Virus record (IMG/VR): IMGVR_UViG_3300033463_000081
Location: 1-64,000 of that record
Strand: one strand, 5' to 3'
From: a virus
Taxonomy: Duplodnaviria; Caudoviricetes
Length of the DNA stretch: 64,000 nt
Within the stretch, counting starts at the first letter, position 1. Each line of letters opens with the position of its first letter. Below are positions 28,304-38,444 of this stretch, one piece after another. The position numbers and the translations under genes are program-made. The notes below the pieces were generated by a model. The model saw only the letters and a list, made by a program, of their open reading frames with translations, did not search any database and was not told where the DNA came from.

Positions 28304-29371
28304 GTGTTTATGACTATCCCTCTTGAACTGAAACGAAGATGCGTAGAGATGCGCAACAACGGATGTTCACACTTGGAGATTTACAATGAGGTATTCAAGA
28401 AAGAACATCCCGGAATGGGCTTTGAAACGTTCCGTCACAAAATCAGAAAGTGGGAAAAACTGGCTTTCGCTGACGAAAAAACGCTCGGAGCCGGAACGTA
28501 TCCCGGTTTCACGGCGCACGGAGCCACCGTTCAGGTCAACGGACACGGCGAAGTGGTGCAGGCTTGGATTAAGGAACACACCGATGAAAACCAGCTTGCC
28601 GAACTCATCGAGGCTATCAAAGAGCATACGCAACCCATCGTAATCGAGCGGGCGGAAGAGGCTCAGACCGAGCCTGAGATGCTTGAGATTCCGCTTTTTG
28701 ACCAGCATTTTCCCCAAAATGACCACATCGACACGTTCGTTGCCATATCCCGCATCATCGAGTCGAAGCATTGGGAAGAGATAAATGTCATCATCGGTCA
28801 GGATTTGTTCCATAACGATGACATGCGGGGACGCACCTCATCGGGCAGACCGATAGAGAAAGTGGACATGGTAAAGGCGTGGGAACTCGCCCGGATATTC
28901 TATACTTCCGTGCTTTCTCTGTGCGTAAAACAGAGCGAGAAAGTAAAAGTGGTCTATTCCAAGGGAAATCATGACGAAAGCATGGCGTGGGCGTTCGTTC
29001 AAATGCTCAAAGCCATGTTCCCACAGGCCGAGTTCGATGATTCCCTCAAGCAGAGAAAGATAATCTTTTGGCGTGAATGCTTCATCGGAGTGACCCACGG
29101 AGCCTATAAGAAATCCTCGTTGGATGACCTGAGAGGACAGTTCACGATTCAGTTCCCCATCGAATTTGCCAACGCCAAAGTGCGTGAGATACACGCCGGA
29201 CACCTCCATCGTGAGGAAGAGAGAGATATTTACGGCGTCATGTGCCGCAGACTGGCCCACAAGGGCATAGAAGATGAGTGGACGGACGATGAGGGACTTG
29301 TCGGTGCGTCCAAGAGATTCATGATATTCAGATGGAAACCCGGCCGTCTTGCCGGGATAGATTATGTGTAA
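28304..29371 (+). CDS. Calcineurin-like metallophosphoesterase with N-terminal HTH-like region
   Basis: D.H, GQDLFH, GNHD, THG, GHLH metal-binding motifs. Confidence 0.75.
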   Translation: MFMTIPLELKRRCVEMRNNGCSHLEIYNEVFKKEHPGMGFETFRHKIRKWEKLAFADEKTLGAGTYPGFTAHGATVQVNGHGEVVQAWIKEHTDENQLAELIEAIKEHTQPIVIERAEEAQTEPEMLEIPLFDQHFPQNDHIDTFVAISRIIESKHWEEINVIIGQDLFHNDDMRGRTSSGRPIEKVDMVKAWELARIFYTSVLSLCVKQSEKVKVVYSKGNHDESMAWAFVQMLKAMFPQAEFDDSLKQRKIIFWRECFIGVTHGAYKKSSLDDLRGQFTIQFPIEFANAKVREIHAGHLHREEERDIYGVMCRRLAHKGIEDEWTDDEGLVGASKRFMIFRWKPGRLAGIDYV

Positions 29372-29382
29372 GGAGCAGAAAT

Positions 29383-29685
29383 ATGGATTGCAAATACGCA
29401 TACATGAAACAGAACATTGACTACGTTCTGTGCCGAAAAGAGCCTGAACCTAGCAGACATGACCGTGAAAAGCTGTTTCACGCCCTGTGCGGACATCAGG
29501 TCAACTGTCCGAAGCAGAGTTGCCACAAGCTGTCGGCAACGTGGAGGCAGTGCGTGAAGCTCATCGAGCCTGCCGAACCTACCTATGAGGATGTGTTCCC
29601 GGACGCGGGTGAAGACCCGAAACTGGTTCAGCCGAAGCCTGCGAAAAAGCCGGTTAAAGCTAAAAAAACTGCGGAATCCGCATAA
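29383..29685 (+). CDS. Cys-rich hypothetical protein
   Basis: AAGGAG RBS. Confidence 0.6.
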   Translation: MDCKYAYMKQNIDYVLCRKEPEPSRHDREKLFHALCGHQVNCPKQSCHKLSATWRQCVKLIEPAEPTYEDVFPDAGEDPKLVQPKPAKKPVKAKKTAESA

Positions 29686-29729
29686 ATTATACGGTTTAAC
29701 GCCGATATATCCGCCAAAGGAGAAGTTAT

Positions 29730-30293
29730 ATGGCCGAATATGCGATTACGATAACCGAGAAAGACATCATGGACGCCGGTTCCTATGTCAATATCTCGAC
29801 CAAAGAGCAGTACACGAGGGCTGTAGCCTACCTCTGCCTTGAGCCTGTGACGGTGCAGGTGGATGACAGCGAAACGTTGCCAACGATGTTTCGGGAGAAC
29901 AAAAAAATCAAGGCTCAGTACCTGATGGGGATGCTTGCCACCCTGCTTCAGAGGCCGTTTGAGTCAGAAAAGCTGACTACCGGGGAGGAACTGACCGGGT
30001 GCATGGCGGAAGCCGACTATGACATGTGGGCGGGAAGCCATGTCATGAACCAGTTGGAGCGCCTGAAAAAGACAAAGGACAGCGAACTGGTGAACAAGCT
30101 GTTCGACCTGCTCTATGACTACAAAGCCTTTGAGCTTATGCTGACGGGAGCCATCCGTGACGAACTGGAAGTGCGGAATGACCCATTCAACCGGGCGATT
30201 CAGTGGTTCTCGCTCACCGCTGCGGACGCTGCCGTGAAAGAAGTAATCGGCGGAGAACTGCGAAACATGATAAAGGGTGATTCCAATGAGTGA
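29730..30293 (+). CDS. Tail-region hypothetical protein (chaperone-like)
   Basis: AAGGAG RBS; position. Confidence 0.55.
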   Translation: MAEYAITITEKDIMDAGSYVNISTKEQYTRAVAYLCLEPVTVQVDDSETLPTMFRENKKIKAQYLMGMLATLLQRPFESEKLTTGEELTGCMAEADYDMWAGSHVMNQLERLKKTKDSELVNKLFDLLYDYKAFELMLTGAIRDELEVRNDPFNRAIQWFSLTAADAAVKEVIGGELRNMIKGDSNE

Positions 30294-30966
30294 CATATGG
30301 ACGGGAGCGCAGCCTGAACACGCCTCCCCCTACTGGCCGTATCGCAAGGTAGTCGAGGCGGACACCCTGGCGGGAATGGAGCAGATGCCGTACATCGTGT
30401 GCCGTTATCTGATGGATTTGCCGGACGGCACCGGGTATATCCCCCCTACCGACAACTCATTCCCCCGTGTGCGGCTGAAAAAACTGCTGTATTACGATAC
30501 GCCTCTCCCTCTGAATCAGCCCTGTCCAACGCCGGAGCAAATCCGAAAGTTGTTTTATGACCCGGAAAACCCGGACAGACCGCCAGACCAGGAACACGGC
30601 TACCGCATCTATCCGCAGAACATGGTGGAGCAGAGTGTGGCCGCAAGTAAGTCCTTTATCCGTGCATATATATCGGATGCCACCGCACTGGAGAGCAAAG
30701 GCGTGTTTATCACGCGGCAGTACATGATATTCGATGTGCTCGTGAACACGTCCATCGAATCCAACACGGGCATGACGGCATCCTCCCGCTCATATGACAT
30801 AGTTCAGTGCATAAGGGAAGCGACGGCCGGGGTGAATTTCGGCGGAGCGGGGCCGATGACCTTGAGCCGCATCACGAAGATAGACGATGAGCGGTTCAAT
30901 CTCGGATACAAGATATATGTCTATCAGGATTGGTGCGCTGACGCACCGAATCCCTACTTTTCATGA
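30286..30966 (+). CDS. Tail terminator-like protein
   Basis: Position; beta-rich C-terminus. Confidence 0.45.
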   Translation: MSDIWTGAQPEHASPYWPYRKVVEADTLAGMEQMPYIVCRYLMDLPDGTGYIPPTDNSFPRVRLKKLLYYDTPLPLNQPCPTPEQIRKLFYDPENPDRPPDQEHGYRIYPQNMVEQSVAASKSFIRAYISDATALESKGVFITRQYMIFDVLVNTSIESNTGMTASSRSYDIVQCIREATAGVNFGGAGPMTLSRITKIDDERFNLGYKIYVYQDWCADAPNPYFS

Positions 30967-31019
30967 AAGTACAGTTATATGAAAAAGGCTCTTTTCATAT
31001 AAGTATGCTTTGCATCTGA

Positions 31020-31844
31020 ATGCCAAAGGAGTTTTATATGGCATCGGTGAAATATTACCAGCGCCTCGCCCAAGGAGATGCCCCTGTCATCTACGAGGGC
31101 TTGGAATTTCACCCGTTGCTGGTGCGGGACTATCAGATATACGCAAGGGCAAAGCAGGCGTTCGAGTTGATGCTTGCCTCTCTGTCACCGAAGCTGGCTC
31201 GGCTTCCTTGGTGTGCGTGTCTGTGGGCAATCGACCACGAGTGCGAAAAGCAGACGGGAGAGATAGGAGAATATTTGGTCTCCGTACTCTATGTCCTCGC
31301 AAAGTCATTGCGGCTCGATGATTTTGCTGAGAACGGAACTCTTCCTCTGCGCCCTGTATTCGCGCAGGACGGTTCGCTCACAGCCGTCATGATAGGAGAG
31401 GCATACGGAAACTACACGTTGCTCAATATGCAGCAGATGGACGAGGTGCGGAAAATCATAGCCGCACAAAATGGGTATGACATCCCGGATGAGAGTTGGA
31501 ACCCCGAACTCGTCCGCGCCGCACAGCAAAATTCCGAACGGAACAGCATGGCGTTGGATATGGATTTAGAAACGCTTCTGTACTCCGTTGCTGTGAACGC
31601 CCATTGCAGAGCAAAAGATATCTACGATTGGTCGATACGGGAATTCCACGGTATGCAGAGTGCCATCGACAGAAGCTACGGTCATCTGATTTACACGTTG
31701 GCGGAAGCAAGCGGTCAAGTGACATTCAAGCAAGGGAATCCCTATCCGTCATGGAAATTCGACCGTAAAAATGATATGCCGTCGGGCTTTGTCACCATAT
31801 CCGAACTGGATGCGGGTGCTAAAGGTCTGGTGGCAGGAACCTAA
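31020..31844 (+). CDS. Tail assembly chaperone-like protein
   Basis: C-terminal IYDWSIREF..M...ID pattern. Confidence 0.5.
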   Translation: MPKEFYMASVKYYQRLAQGDAPVIYEGLEFHPLLVRDYQIYARAKQAFELMLASLSPKLARLPWCACLWAIDHECEKQTGEIGEYLVSVLYVLAKSLRLDDFAENGTLPLRPVFAQDGSLTAVMIGEAYGNYTLLNMQQMDEVRKIIAAQNGYDIPDESWNPELVRAAQQNSERNSMALDMDLETLLYSVAVNAHCRAKDIYDWSIREFHGMQSAIDRSYGHLIYTLAEASGQVTFKQGNPYPSWKFDRKNDMPSGFVTISELDAGAKGLVAGT

Positions 31845-31872
31845 CTTAACTTACAAGGAGTGAATTACGACT

Positions 31873-33009
31873 ATGGCTTTCACTTTTAAGCCGGAAGAGC
31901 TTTTCAGCAAAGGGATTGTCTACGGCGAGTTCTTTGACCCGGCCACGGATGACCTGTTGGGCTACTCCCGCTATGTCGCCGACTTCGGTCTTGCCGGTGC
32001 TATGAACAACGGCGAGGTCGAGGCTGGTCCGGGTAACGCCCTCGTAATGATGATTCCCGACTCCGCTCGGCTGAACATCACCGCTACCACCGCCGACTCT
32101 GCCCTGAACAACATGGCGCTTGCGGTGGGCGGAACGATTTCCGGCAGTGGCGTTGTGGAAACCACCATCGCTATCACCGCCACGGGCACGTCTCTCGCTC
32201 TGGCGAACGCCGCCGCGCCCCTCGGTGGGCAGAACGGCGCTGTGTGCTACATCCTCACGTCCACCGGCTCCGACCGCGCCGAGGTCGAAGCGGCAAGCGG
32301 TATCGCTCATGCCGTTGAGGGCGGCACGATTCAGGACTTCGAGGCCGTGAACGGCAACACATACTGCGTGAAGTATTTCTACGAGAACTCCTCCGCTCAG
32401 AAGCTCACCGTTCCCTCGATGTTCGCCCCCAAGGTTGTCCGCGCCCACTTTGCGGTCAACTGCTACGCCAAGAAGACCGGCGGCGATGTGCTGGCGTCAA
32501 GCCTCTACAAGATTCGCCACTATGTCTTCCCCTATTACTTCTTCACCAACCCGATGGAGGGCAGCCTGTCTCAGACGGCGACCGGCACGGTCAACCTCTC
32601 CGGCACTTGCCTGACCTATCAGGAAGCCGCCGCCGAGGGCATCTGCAATGTGGATACCAACGGAATCTACGGCTATGTGGTGGACGAGTATGTAGGCGAT
32701 GACACCTCCACCTCCGCTGTGGACGGCATCTACTTCATCGGCCTCGGCGCTGGCGTCAGCCTCGTCAAGAGCACCAAGATGGTTCTGCCCGTCAAGTACA
32801 GCGTGAACGGAATCCTCACCAACGTTTCCGACTGGAGCAAGGTGACGTTTACCGCTGCCTCCGCTGTGGTCAGCTTCGCCGACTCTCATGACCCTGAGAT
32901 GACCGCTGGCGGTTCCGCCGGGAACACCACGGTCACGGTCAGCGTGACGAACAGCCGCACGAACAAGACCTATACCGACACTATCCCCGTGACGGTAACG
33001 GCGTCCTAA
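31873..33009 (+). CDS. Major tail tube protein with C-terminal Ig-like extension
   Basis: High-expression codon bias; followed by a terminator; ends TDTIPVTVTAS. Confidence 0.7.
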   Translation: MAFTFKPEELFSKGIVYGEFFDPATDDLLGYSRYVADFGLAGAMNNGEVEAGPGNALVMMIPDSARLNITATTADSALNNMALAVGGTISGSGVVETTIAITATGTSLALANAAAPLGGQNGAVCYILTSTGSDRAEVEAASGIAHAVEGGTIQDFEAVNGNTYCVKYFYENSSAQKLTVPSMFAPKVVRAHFAVNCYAKKTGGDVLASSLYKIRHYVFPYYFFTNPMEGSLSQTATGTVNLSGTCLTYQEAAAEGICNVDTNGIYGYVVDEYVGDDTSTSAVDGIYFIGLGAGVSLVKSTKMVLPVKYSVNGILTNVSDWSKVTFTAASAVVSFADSHDPEMTAGGSAGNTTVTVSVTNSRTNKTYTDTIPVTVTAS

Positions 33010-33019
33010 AGACGCATAC

Positions 33020-33047
33020 ATGCCCCGGCCCATCCGGGTCGGGGCAT
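33020..33047 (+). terminator. Hairpin after the tail tube gene
   Basis: ATGCCCCGGCC-CATCCG-GGTCGGGGCAT. Confidence 0.65.
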
Positions 33048-33111
33048 ACCCCTATATGTTTTCCAAAGTGCCATTCCATGTGACATTTTGGAATGTGTAT
33101 AGAAAGGCGGT

Positions 33112-33528
33112 GTGAAGATGGCGGGATTCACAGAAGAATACCTTGGCTCCGTAAAACCAAGGCTTGACGCCGCGGTGTCTATGGCTGTGGAGGCTATGGG
33201 ATACCGACTGATCACCGCCCTTGAAGCATCCGCCCAGGTGAGAGTATACGATGCGCACACGCCTCCCCCTTACTTTATGGCGAAACGGCGCGGTGAACTG
33301 CTTAATGACGCCAACTACATTGTGATGAAACAAGGTGACCGTTCCGTCATGGTGGCGAACGTGACCGTTACTCAAAGCGGAAGCGGCGGAGAGGTAAACT
33401 GGGTGGAATCGGGCTTTCGGCAGCACTCCGCCGGCGCTCGTCCGTTTATGGAAGAGGGTCTGCAGGACTATGTAGCCACGATGGCAGAGGCGGATCTTCA
33501 AGCCGCAATGGCAGCCCAGGGATTCTGA
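33112..33528 (+). CDS. HK97 gp10-like tail-completion protein
   Basis: VESG......ARPFMEEG motif. Confidence 0.6.
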   Translation: MKMAGFTEEYLGSVKPRLDAAVSMAVEAMGYRLITALEASAQVRVYDAHTPPPYFMAKRRGELLNDANYIVMKQGDRSVMVANVTVTQSGSGGEVNWVESGFRQHSAGARPFMEEGLQDYVATMAEADLQAAMAAQGF

Positions 33529-33552
33529 TAGGAAAGCGAGGAACGCATTGAT

Positions 33553-36500
33553 ATGGCGGCTACCGTAGTCCTAAACGTAGATGTAAATGACGCTCAAGCG
33601 TTAGCAAAACTGGCAAAGCTCGATGCCGATGTCAAGGCGCTTGAGGGCAAAAAACATGTCATAACCCTCGAAATAAAAGGCGCGGCTCAGATTCAAAATG
33701 TGACCAAGGAAATGGTTCAGTACGCCAAAATCCAGGCACAGATTCAAAAAGAGGAGCTTGCCTTACAACGTGCTGCTGAACAGAGAAAGAAAGCGGAAGC
33801 CAATGCGGCTGCCGCAAAAGAGAGAAACGCCGCGGCTGAGAAGAATCTTCAAACAGCTACCGAACGCCGCATTGCGGCTGAACAGCGTGGACAGAATCTG
33901 AGCAGACAGCGCACCCTTGAGCTGGAAAAACAGCAGACTACTGCGGACAAACTTGCCGCGTCCGAAAAAAACCATGAAATGCAACTGGAGCGCACGGCCG
34001 AGCGCACCAGAGAACTCATGCAGTTGGAGGAGCAACGCTCGAACAATCGGCTGACGCTTGAAAATGCGAGATCCGACGGAAAGGCAAGAGTCCAAGAGTT
34101 AAAAAATGAGGGCGCGGCGGCAAGGGACGCCGCGGGAGGATACAACGCCCTACAAGTTGCCCTCGGAAACTTGGCTTCAAGAGCCATTCATGCGGTTTTC
34201 CGCAAGATAACTCAGGCAATCCGTGAAGCTGTCACGGAGATGAAAAGCGTAGATACCGAATTGACGAACATCTCAAAGGTCAGCGGAAAGACTGGAGATG
34301 CGCTTGAGTCAATCGGCGAAAAAGCTTATGACACCGCCGCAAAATACGGAGTTGCCGCGTCCGAGTATCTGCAGGCTGTATACGCCATGCAGAAAGCGGG
34401 CATGGGTGACAACTCCGAAGCGATGGGCGAACTGGCCGTCAAGACCATGCTTGTCGGCGATACCACGCAGGAAGTCGCCACCAAATTCCTGCTTGCCACC
34501 AATGCGGCTTGGAAACTTGAGGGCAACATGGAGCGCCTCGGACAGATTGTTGACGAGGCGGACTACATCAACAACAACTATGCGACCAGCTTGGACAAAC
34601 TGGCCGCAGGTATGCCTATCGTAGCGTCCGTAGCTGAGAACGCCGGGATGTCCGCCGAGGAAACGATGGCGGCACTCGGAACGATTACCGCGGCTACCCA
34701 GGAATCTGGAACCAAGGCGGCAACCGCACTCCGTGCGCTTATACTTAATATCTCCAAGGAAGTCGGAACATTCATCACCGATGAAGGCGAAGAGTTTGAG
34801 GTTACCGAGGAAAGCGTAAAGACCGTACAGGGGCTTCTTGAAAAATACGCCAAGACTGAGGTGGATGCGGCAAAGGCTGCCGGAGAACTGCTCGACCCAA
34901 TGACCGCCATCCGAGCCTTGTTCAAAGGAATGGCGGAAGATGACCTCAATGACGTAGAACTCTTCAACCTGCTGTCCGGCATGGGCGGAAAGCTCCGTAC
35001 CAACCAACTGACTGCGTTGGTAAAGAACTTTGATACCCTATACACGGACATGATGGGCAATATCGCAAACGCCGCGGGAACGGCTGACAGCGAGATTGAC
35101 CTCATGATGAACTCCTGGGAGAGGAAAACAGCACAACTCAAAAACTCGTGGACAAGGCTGATTGCAGACATCGTAAGTTCTGACCTTGTCAAGGACGGCA
35201 TGGACTGGCTTACCCAAATGGTAGACAAAGCCGACGAGTTTGTTGATAAATTTAAAGACCCTTTTTATGAGAGCAACAATCTCCTTGATACGATAAAAGA
35301 CCTTGAGGATGAATACGCAACCCTAAACGAAAAAGCCCAAGGAACCGACCTGACAAAAGCCGAGCAGGAGCGCTTGGCGCTTATAGAGAAACAGCTTGAA
35401 CTGAAGCGGCTCATCCAAAAAGAGGAAGAGGAAGCGGCCGCGAAAGAACTTCAGGCATCGCTTACCAGAAAAACAGGCCCAACAACTCTTGACGCATATA
35501 ATGCCCGCAGTTTAAGGGAAGCGGCACAGGGTGTAGAGTTCACGGGAACGGCGGAAGAATACCGCCAGTCCCTCGCAGGAATCGTAAAAGAGTATCAGGA
35601 TTATTACGATGCCGTCATCCAAGTCCGAGACGCGGGCGGACAGCTTACAGAGCATCAGAAACAGTTCATATCGGACTTTGAAACCATAAGCGATGTTTCG
35701 GGTGATACGTCTCTCACCATAGGGAACCTCGTTGACGGATACCGTGAACTGGTAGACGCAGAGGGGAACGTAAGGGCGAAAGCGGTAGATGCTACCGAGG
35801 CTCAGAAAGCAGAACTTGAGGATCTGCTTCAAAAGTATCAAGAGTATCAGGACGCATTCGCTGCGAACGAGGCGGCTCAGACAGAAGACGCCAACAGACG
35901 CGCCGAAGCGTTCGATGCCCTCGATAAAGCGCAGGTTGCCCTTTCGGACGCCTATTATTCCGCAGGCGAGGACACAAGAAAAGCATTCGACCAAATAACT
36001 TCCGGCGAGGAGGACGCCACGAGCGCCGCCGGAGATGTGGCAAGCGCGGCTGGTGCGATTGGCCCAGAGGTTGACTCCGTTATACCGGCTGTGCAACGGC
36101 TGACTGCCGCATTCCAAGAGGCGGCGGCGGCAGCAGGGAGTGTGTCGGTAGGCCCCATAAGCGCGGGAGTCGGCGGACATGCCGCAGGCACACGAAACGC
36201 ACCCGGAGGCCCATCGCTTGTAAACGAACTCGGCCCGGAGCTTATCTCAGATAACGGAAGAGCATACATTGCCAATGGCGGACGCCCCGGAATCGTCAAT
36301 CTTTCCCGTGGCGCAATCGTACTTAACGCAAAAGAAACACAGCAGGCTCTGAGCGGAAAAGGTGGACGAGGGAAAAGCATCCCTGCGTTTGCCACTGGAA
36401 CCAATTTACCGACCAATGTCCTCGGCGGAAGCCTCTATGTAGTACACACCAACAACACGCCGGAAGACCTAGCCGAGTATCGCACAAGCAGAACCACTAA

Positions 36501-37668
36501 GCCGACAAACACAGGCGCAAAGTTAGTCGTTACATCGACAAAAGGAAAATCCGGCAAAGGTTTAGGCTCCGGGAGTGGCGGAGGCGGAGGGTCTACCGCC
36601 AAGTCCGTAGAGGAACTCGCAAAAGAAACAAAGGACATCCTGTCCAATATAGAGAAGCAGGCGAAACTGGCCGACAACCGCAAGCAGTACGATAAAGAAG
36701 TATCGCTGTGGGAAAAGGGTCAAAAGGAAATCGACAAGATGGTAGCCCAGTACAAGAAAGCTGGGTACAAAGAGACCGATGACGAGATTCTCGACCTGCT
36801 CAATAAGCGGTACGACTACGAGAAGAAGAAAGAAGCCGCCAGTAAGAAGACCATAGAGGAAGCGGCGTCCGAACTCAAGGACAAACTCAGCAACCTCGAC
36901 AAGCAGGCGAAGCTGGCGGACACCAACGGAGATTACGAGAAGGAAGTCCGCTTCTACGAAGAGGCGCAGGAAGCCATCGCCGAGATGGTGGAGCGGTATC
37001 GGAAAGCGGGATACTCCGATGACTCCGATGAAATCGTAGACCTGCTCCAAAAGAACGTAGACTACGGCGAGAAACAAGTCAAAGTCTACAAGGACAGATG
37101 GAATGACCTCATCGACGCTCTTGAGGCGGACACGGACGCACAGGAAGCCGCCAACGCTCTGGCTGAGAAAGAGCAGGCTCTTGCGGATGCCCGTCTTGCG
37201 CTTGAGAACGCCACAAAGAATAGGACGGTGCGGACGTACAACGCCGCAACCGGGCAGTGGGAATGGGTAGCAGACCAAGCCAAGGTCAAGTCTGCGCAGG
37301 AAACTCTGACCAAGGCGGAAGAGAACTACTCCAAGGAAGTCAAAGACCAAGCCATCAGCGAACTGGAACGGCTCCGGGATACGGCTACCGACTTGAACGA
37401 GGTCATCCTTGGGCCTGCGCTGTCGGCAATCATGTCTCAGGCGGAATCGTCCGATGTATTCCAGAACTTTGCCCGCGCCTTGAACGGCGTGTACGGAGTA
37501 GGCTCGTTCCTCGCCTCCACAGAGGGTTCGTCCAAGGTATTGAGTTCGTCTTCCGACAGCCATGACACGTTCTATACATTCGGAAACGTCACTCTGACAG
37601 AGGACGAGGCGTCCTCCATGAGTGTGGCGGAACTGGCAAGCAGACTACAAGTGCTGAAGATATCGTAA
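33553..37668 (+). CDS. Tape measure protein
   Basis: 1371 aa helical; TP901-like core (D.EL.NI.KVSG, GTALRAL-like); HAAGT...LVNELGPEL. Confidence 0.9.
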   Translation: MAATVVLNVDVNDAQALAKLAKLDADVKALEGKKHVITLEIKGAAQIQNVTKEMVQYAKIQAQIQKEELALQRAAEQRKKAEANAAAAKERNAAAEKNLQTATERRIAAEQRGQNLSRQRTLELEKQQTTADKLAASEKNHEMQLERTAERTRELMQLEEQRSNNRLTLENARSDGKARVQELKNEGAAARDAAGGYNALQVALGNLASRAIHAVFRKITQAIREAVTEMKSVDTELTNISKVSGKTGDALESIGEKAYDTAAKYGVAASEYLQAVYAMQKAGMGDNSEAMGELAVKTMLVGDTTQEVATKFLLATNAAWKLEGNMERLGQIVDEADYINNNYATSLDKLAAGMPIVASVAENAGMSAEETMAALGTITAATQESGTKAATALRALILNISKEVGTFITDEGEEFEVTEESVKTVQGLLEKYAKTEVDAAKAAGELLDPMTAIRALFKGMAEDDLNDVELFNLLSGMGGKLRTNQLTALVKNFDTLYTDMMGNIANAAGTADSEIDLMMNSWERKTAQLKNSWTRLIADIVSSDLVKDGMDWLTQMVDKADEFVDKFKDPFYESNNLLDTIKDLEDEYATLNEKAQGTDLTKAEQERLALIEKQLELKRLIQKEEEEAAAKELQASLTRKTGPTTLDAYNARSLREAAQGVEFTGTAEEYRQSLAGIVKEYQDYYDAVIQVRDAGGQLTEHQKQFISDFETISDVSGDTSLTIGNLVDGYRELVDAEGNVRAKAVDATEAQKAELEDLLQKYQEYQDAFAANEAAQTEDANRRAEAFDALDKAQVALSDAYYSAGEDTRKAFDQITSGEEDATSAAGDVASAAGAIGPEVDSVIPAVQRLTAAFQEAAAAAGSVSVGPISAGVGGHAAGTRNAPGGPSLVNELGPELISDNGRAYIANGGRPGIVNLSRGAIVLNAKETQQALSGKGGRGKSIPAFATGTNLPTNVLGGSLYVVHTNNTPEDLAEYRTSRTTKPTNTGAKLVVTSTKGKSGKGLGSGSGGGGGSTAKSVEELAKETKDILSNIEKQAKLADNRKQYDKEVSLWEKGQKEIDKMVAQYKKAGYKETDDEILDLLNKRYDYEKKKEAASKKTIEEAASELKDKLSNLDKQAKLADTNGDYEKEVRFYEEAQEAIAEMVERYRKAGYSDDSDEIVDLLQKNVDYGEKQVKVYKDRWNDLIDALEADTDAQEAANALAEKEQALADARLALENATKNRTVRTYNAATGQWEWVADQAKVKSAQETLTKAEENYSKEVKDQAISELERLRDTATDLNEVILGPALSAIMSQAESSDVFQNFARALNGVYGVGSFLASTEGSSKVLSSSSDSHDTFYTFGNVTLTEDEASSMSVAELASRLQVLKIS

Positions 37669-37683
37669 GGGAGGGAGAAACCC

Positions 37684-38427
37684 ATGATAAGCGAAGCCCA
37701 AAGATTTTGGGACGCCATCGTAGGCAAAGTCCGCAAGGTAGCGCAGGACGAGTCCAAGAACGCATTCAAATGCGAAAGGTACGAGGTCACGACCGCACCG
37801 AACGGCTCCAAAATCGGCGTCACGCTTCCGTTGGGTACGAAAGAAATCTTCCTCCCCTACTCCGCCGAGGTCGCCGGAGCGACCGTGGGCAGTCAGGTGC
37901 TTGTGGTATGGTGGGGCAGTATGTCCAACGCCAAGGTATACTACTACGCCAACGGATACCGTGGCGGGCCGCTTGATGTTATGCCGATAGGATATATCTA
38001 CACGAGTACATCAAGCACAGACCCCGGAACACTCTTCGGCGGGACGTGGCAACCGATTGGAGAGGGACTTGTCCTCATCTCCGCAGGTACGCACTACACG
38101 GCGGGTACTACCGTAGGCTCGTCCTCTGTTACTCTGACGGAAGACAACATCCCGGCGCATACGCATGGTAGCGCATCTCTTACCGGCTCATGGGAATTTG
38201 ATACGAAGCGCATAGGCGGAACAACGACTCCGAGCGGAATAATCAGCAACAGGAGCAAATCAACATCGGCATATTTCTCCACCACCTCGTCAAGCGATGT
38301 TTCCAATACAGTTGGTTTCGATGTTGATGCTTCGCATACGCACACGAGTTTCGGCAAAGCGACGCCCAACGCCGTAAGCACCATACAGCCATCGCTTGTC
38401 GTTTATATGTGGGAAAGAATCGCCTAA
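37684..38427 (+). CDS. Baseplate/minor tail protein with gp10-like C-terminus
   Basis: PIGYIYTSTSSTDPGTLFGGTW; QPSLVVYMWERIA. Confidence 0.7.
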   Translation: MISEAQRFWDAIVGKVRKVAQDESKNAFKCERYEVTTAPNGSKIGVTLPLGTKEIFLPYSAEVAGATVGSQVLVVWWGSMSNAKVYYYANGYRGGPLDVMPIGYIYTSTSSTDPGTLFGGTWQPIGEGLVLISAGTHYTAGTTVGSSSVTLTEDNIPAHTHGSASLTGSWEFDTKRIGGTTTPSGIISNRSKSTSAYFSTTSSSDVSNTVGFDVDASHTHTSFGKATPNAVSTIQPSLVVYMWERIA

Positions 38428-38444
38428 TTGTGAGGTGAAAGTAT

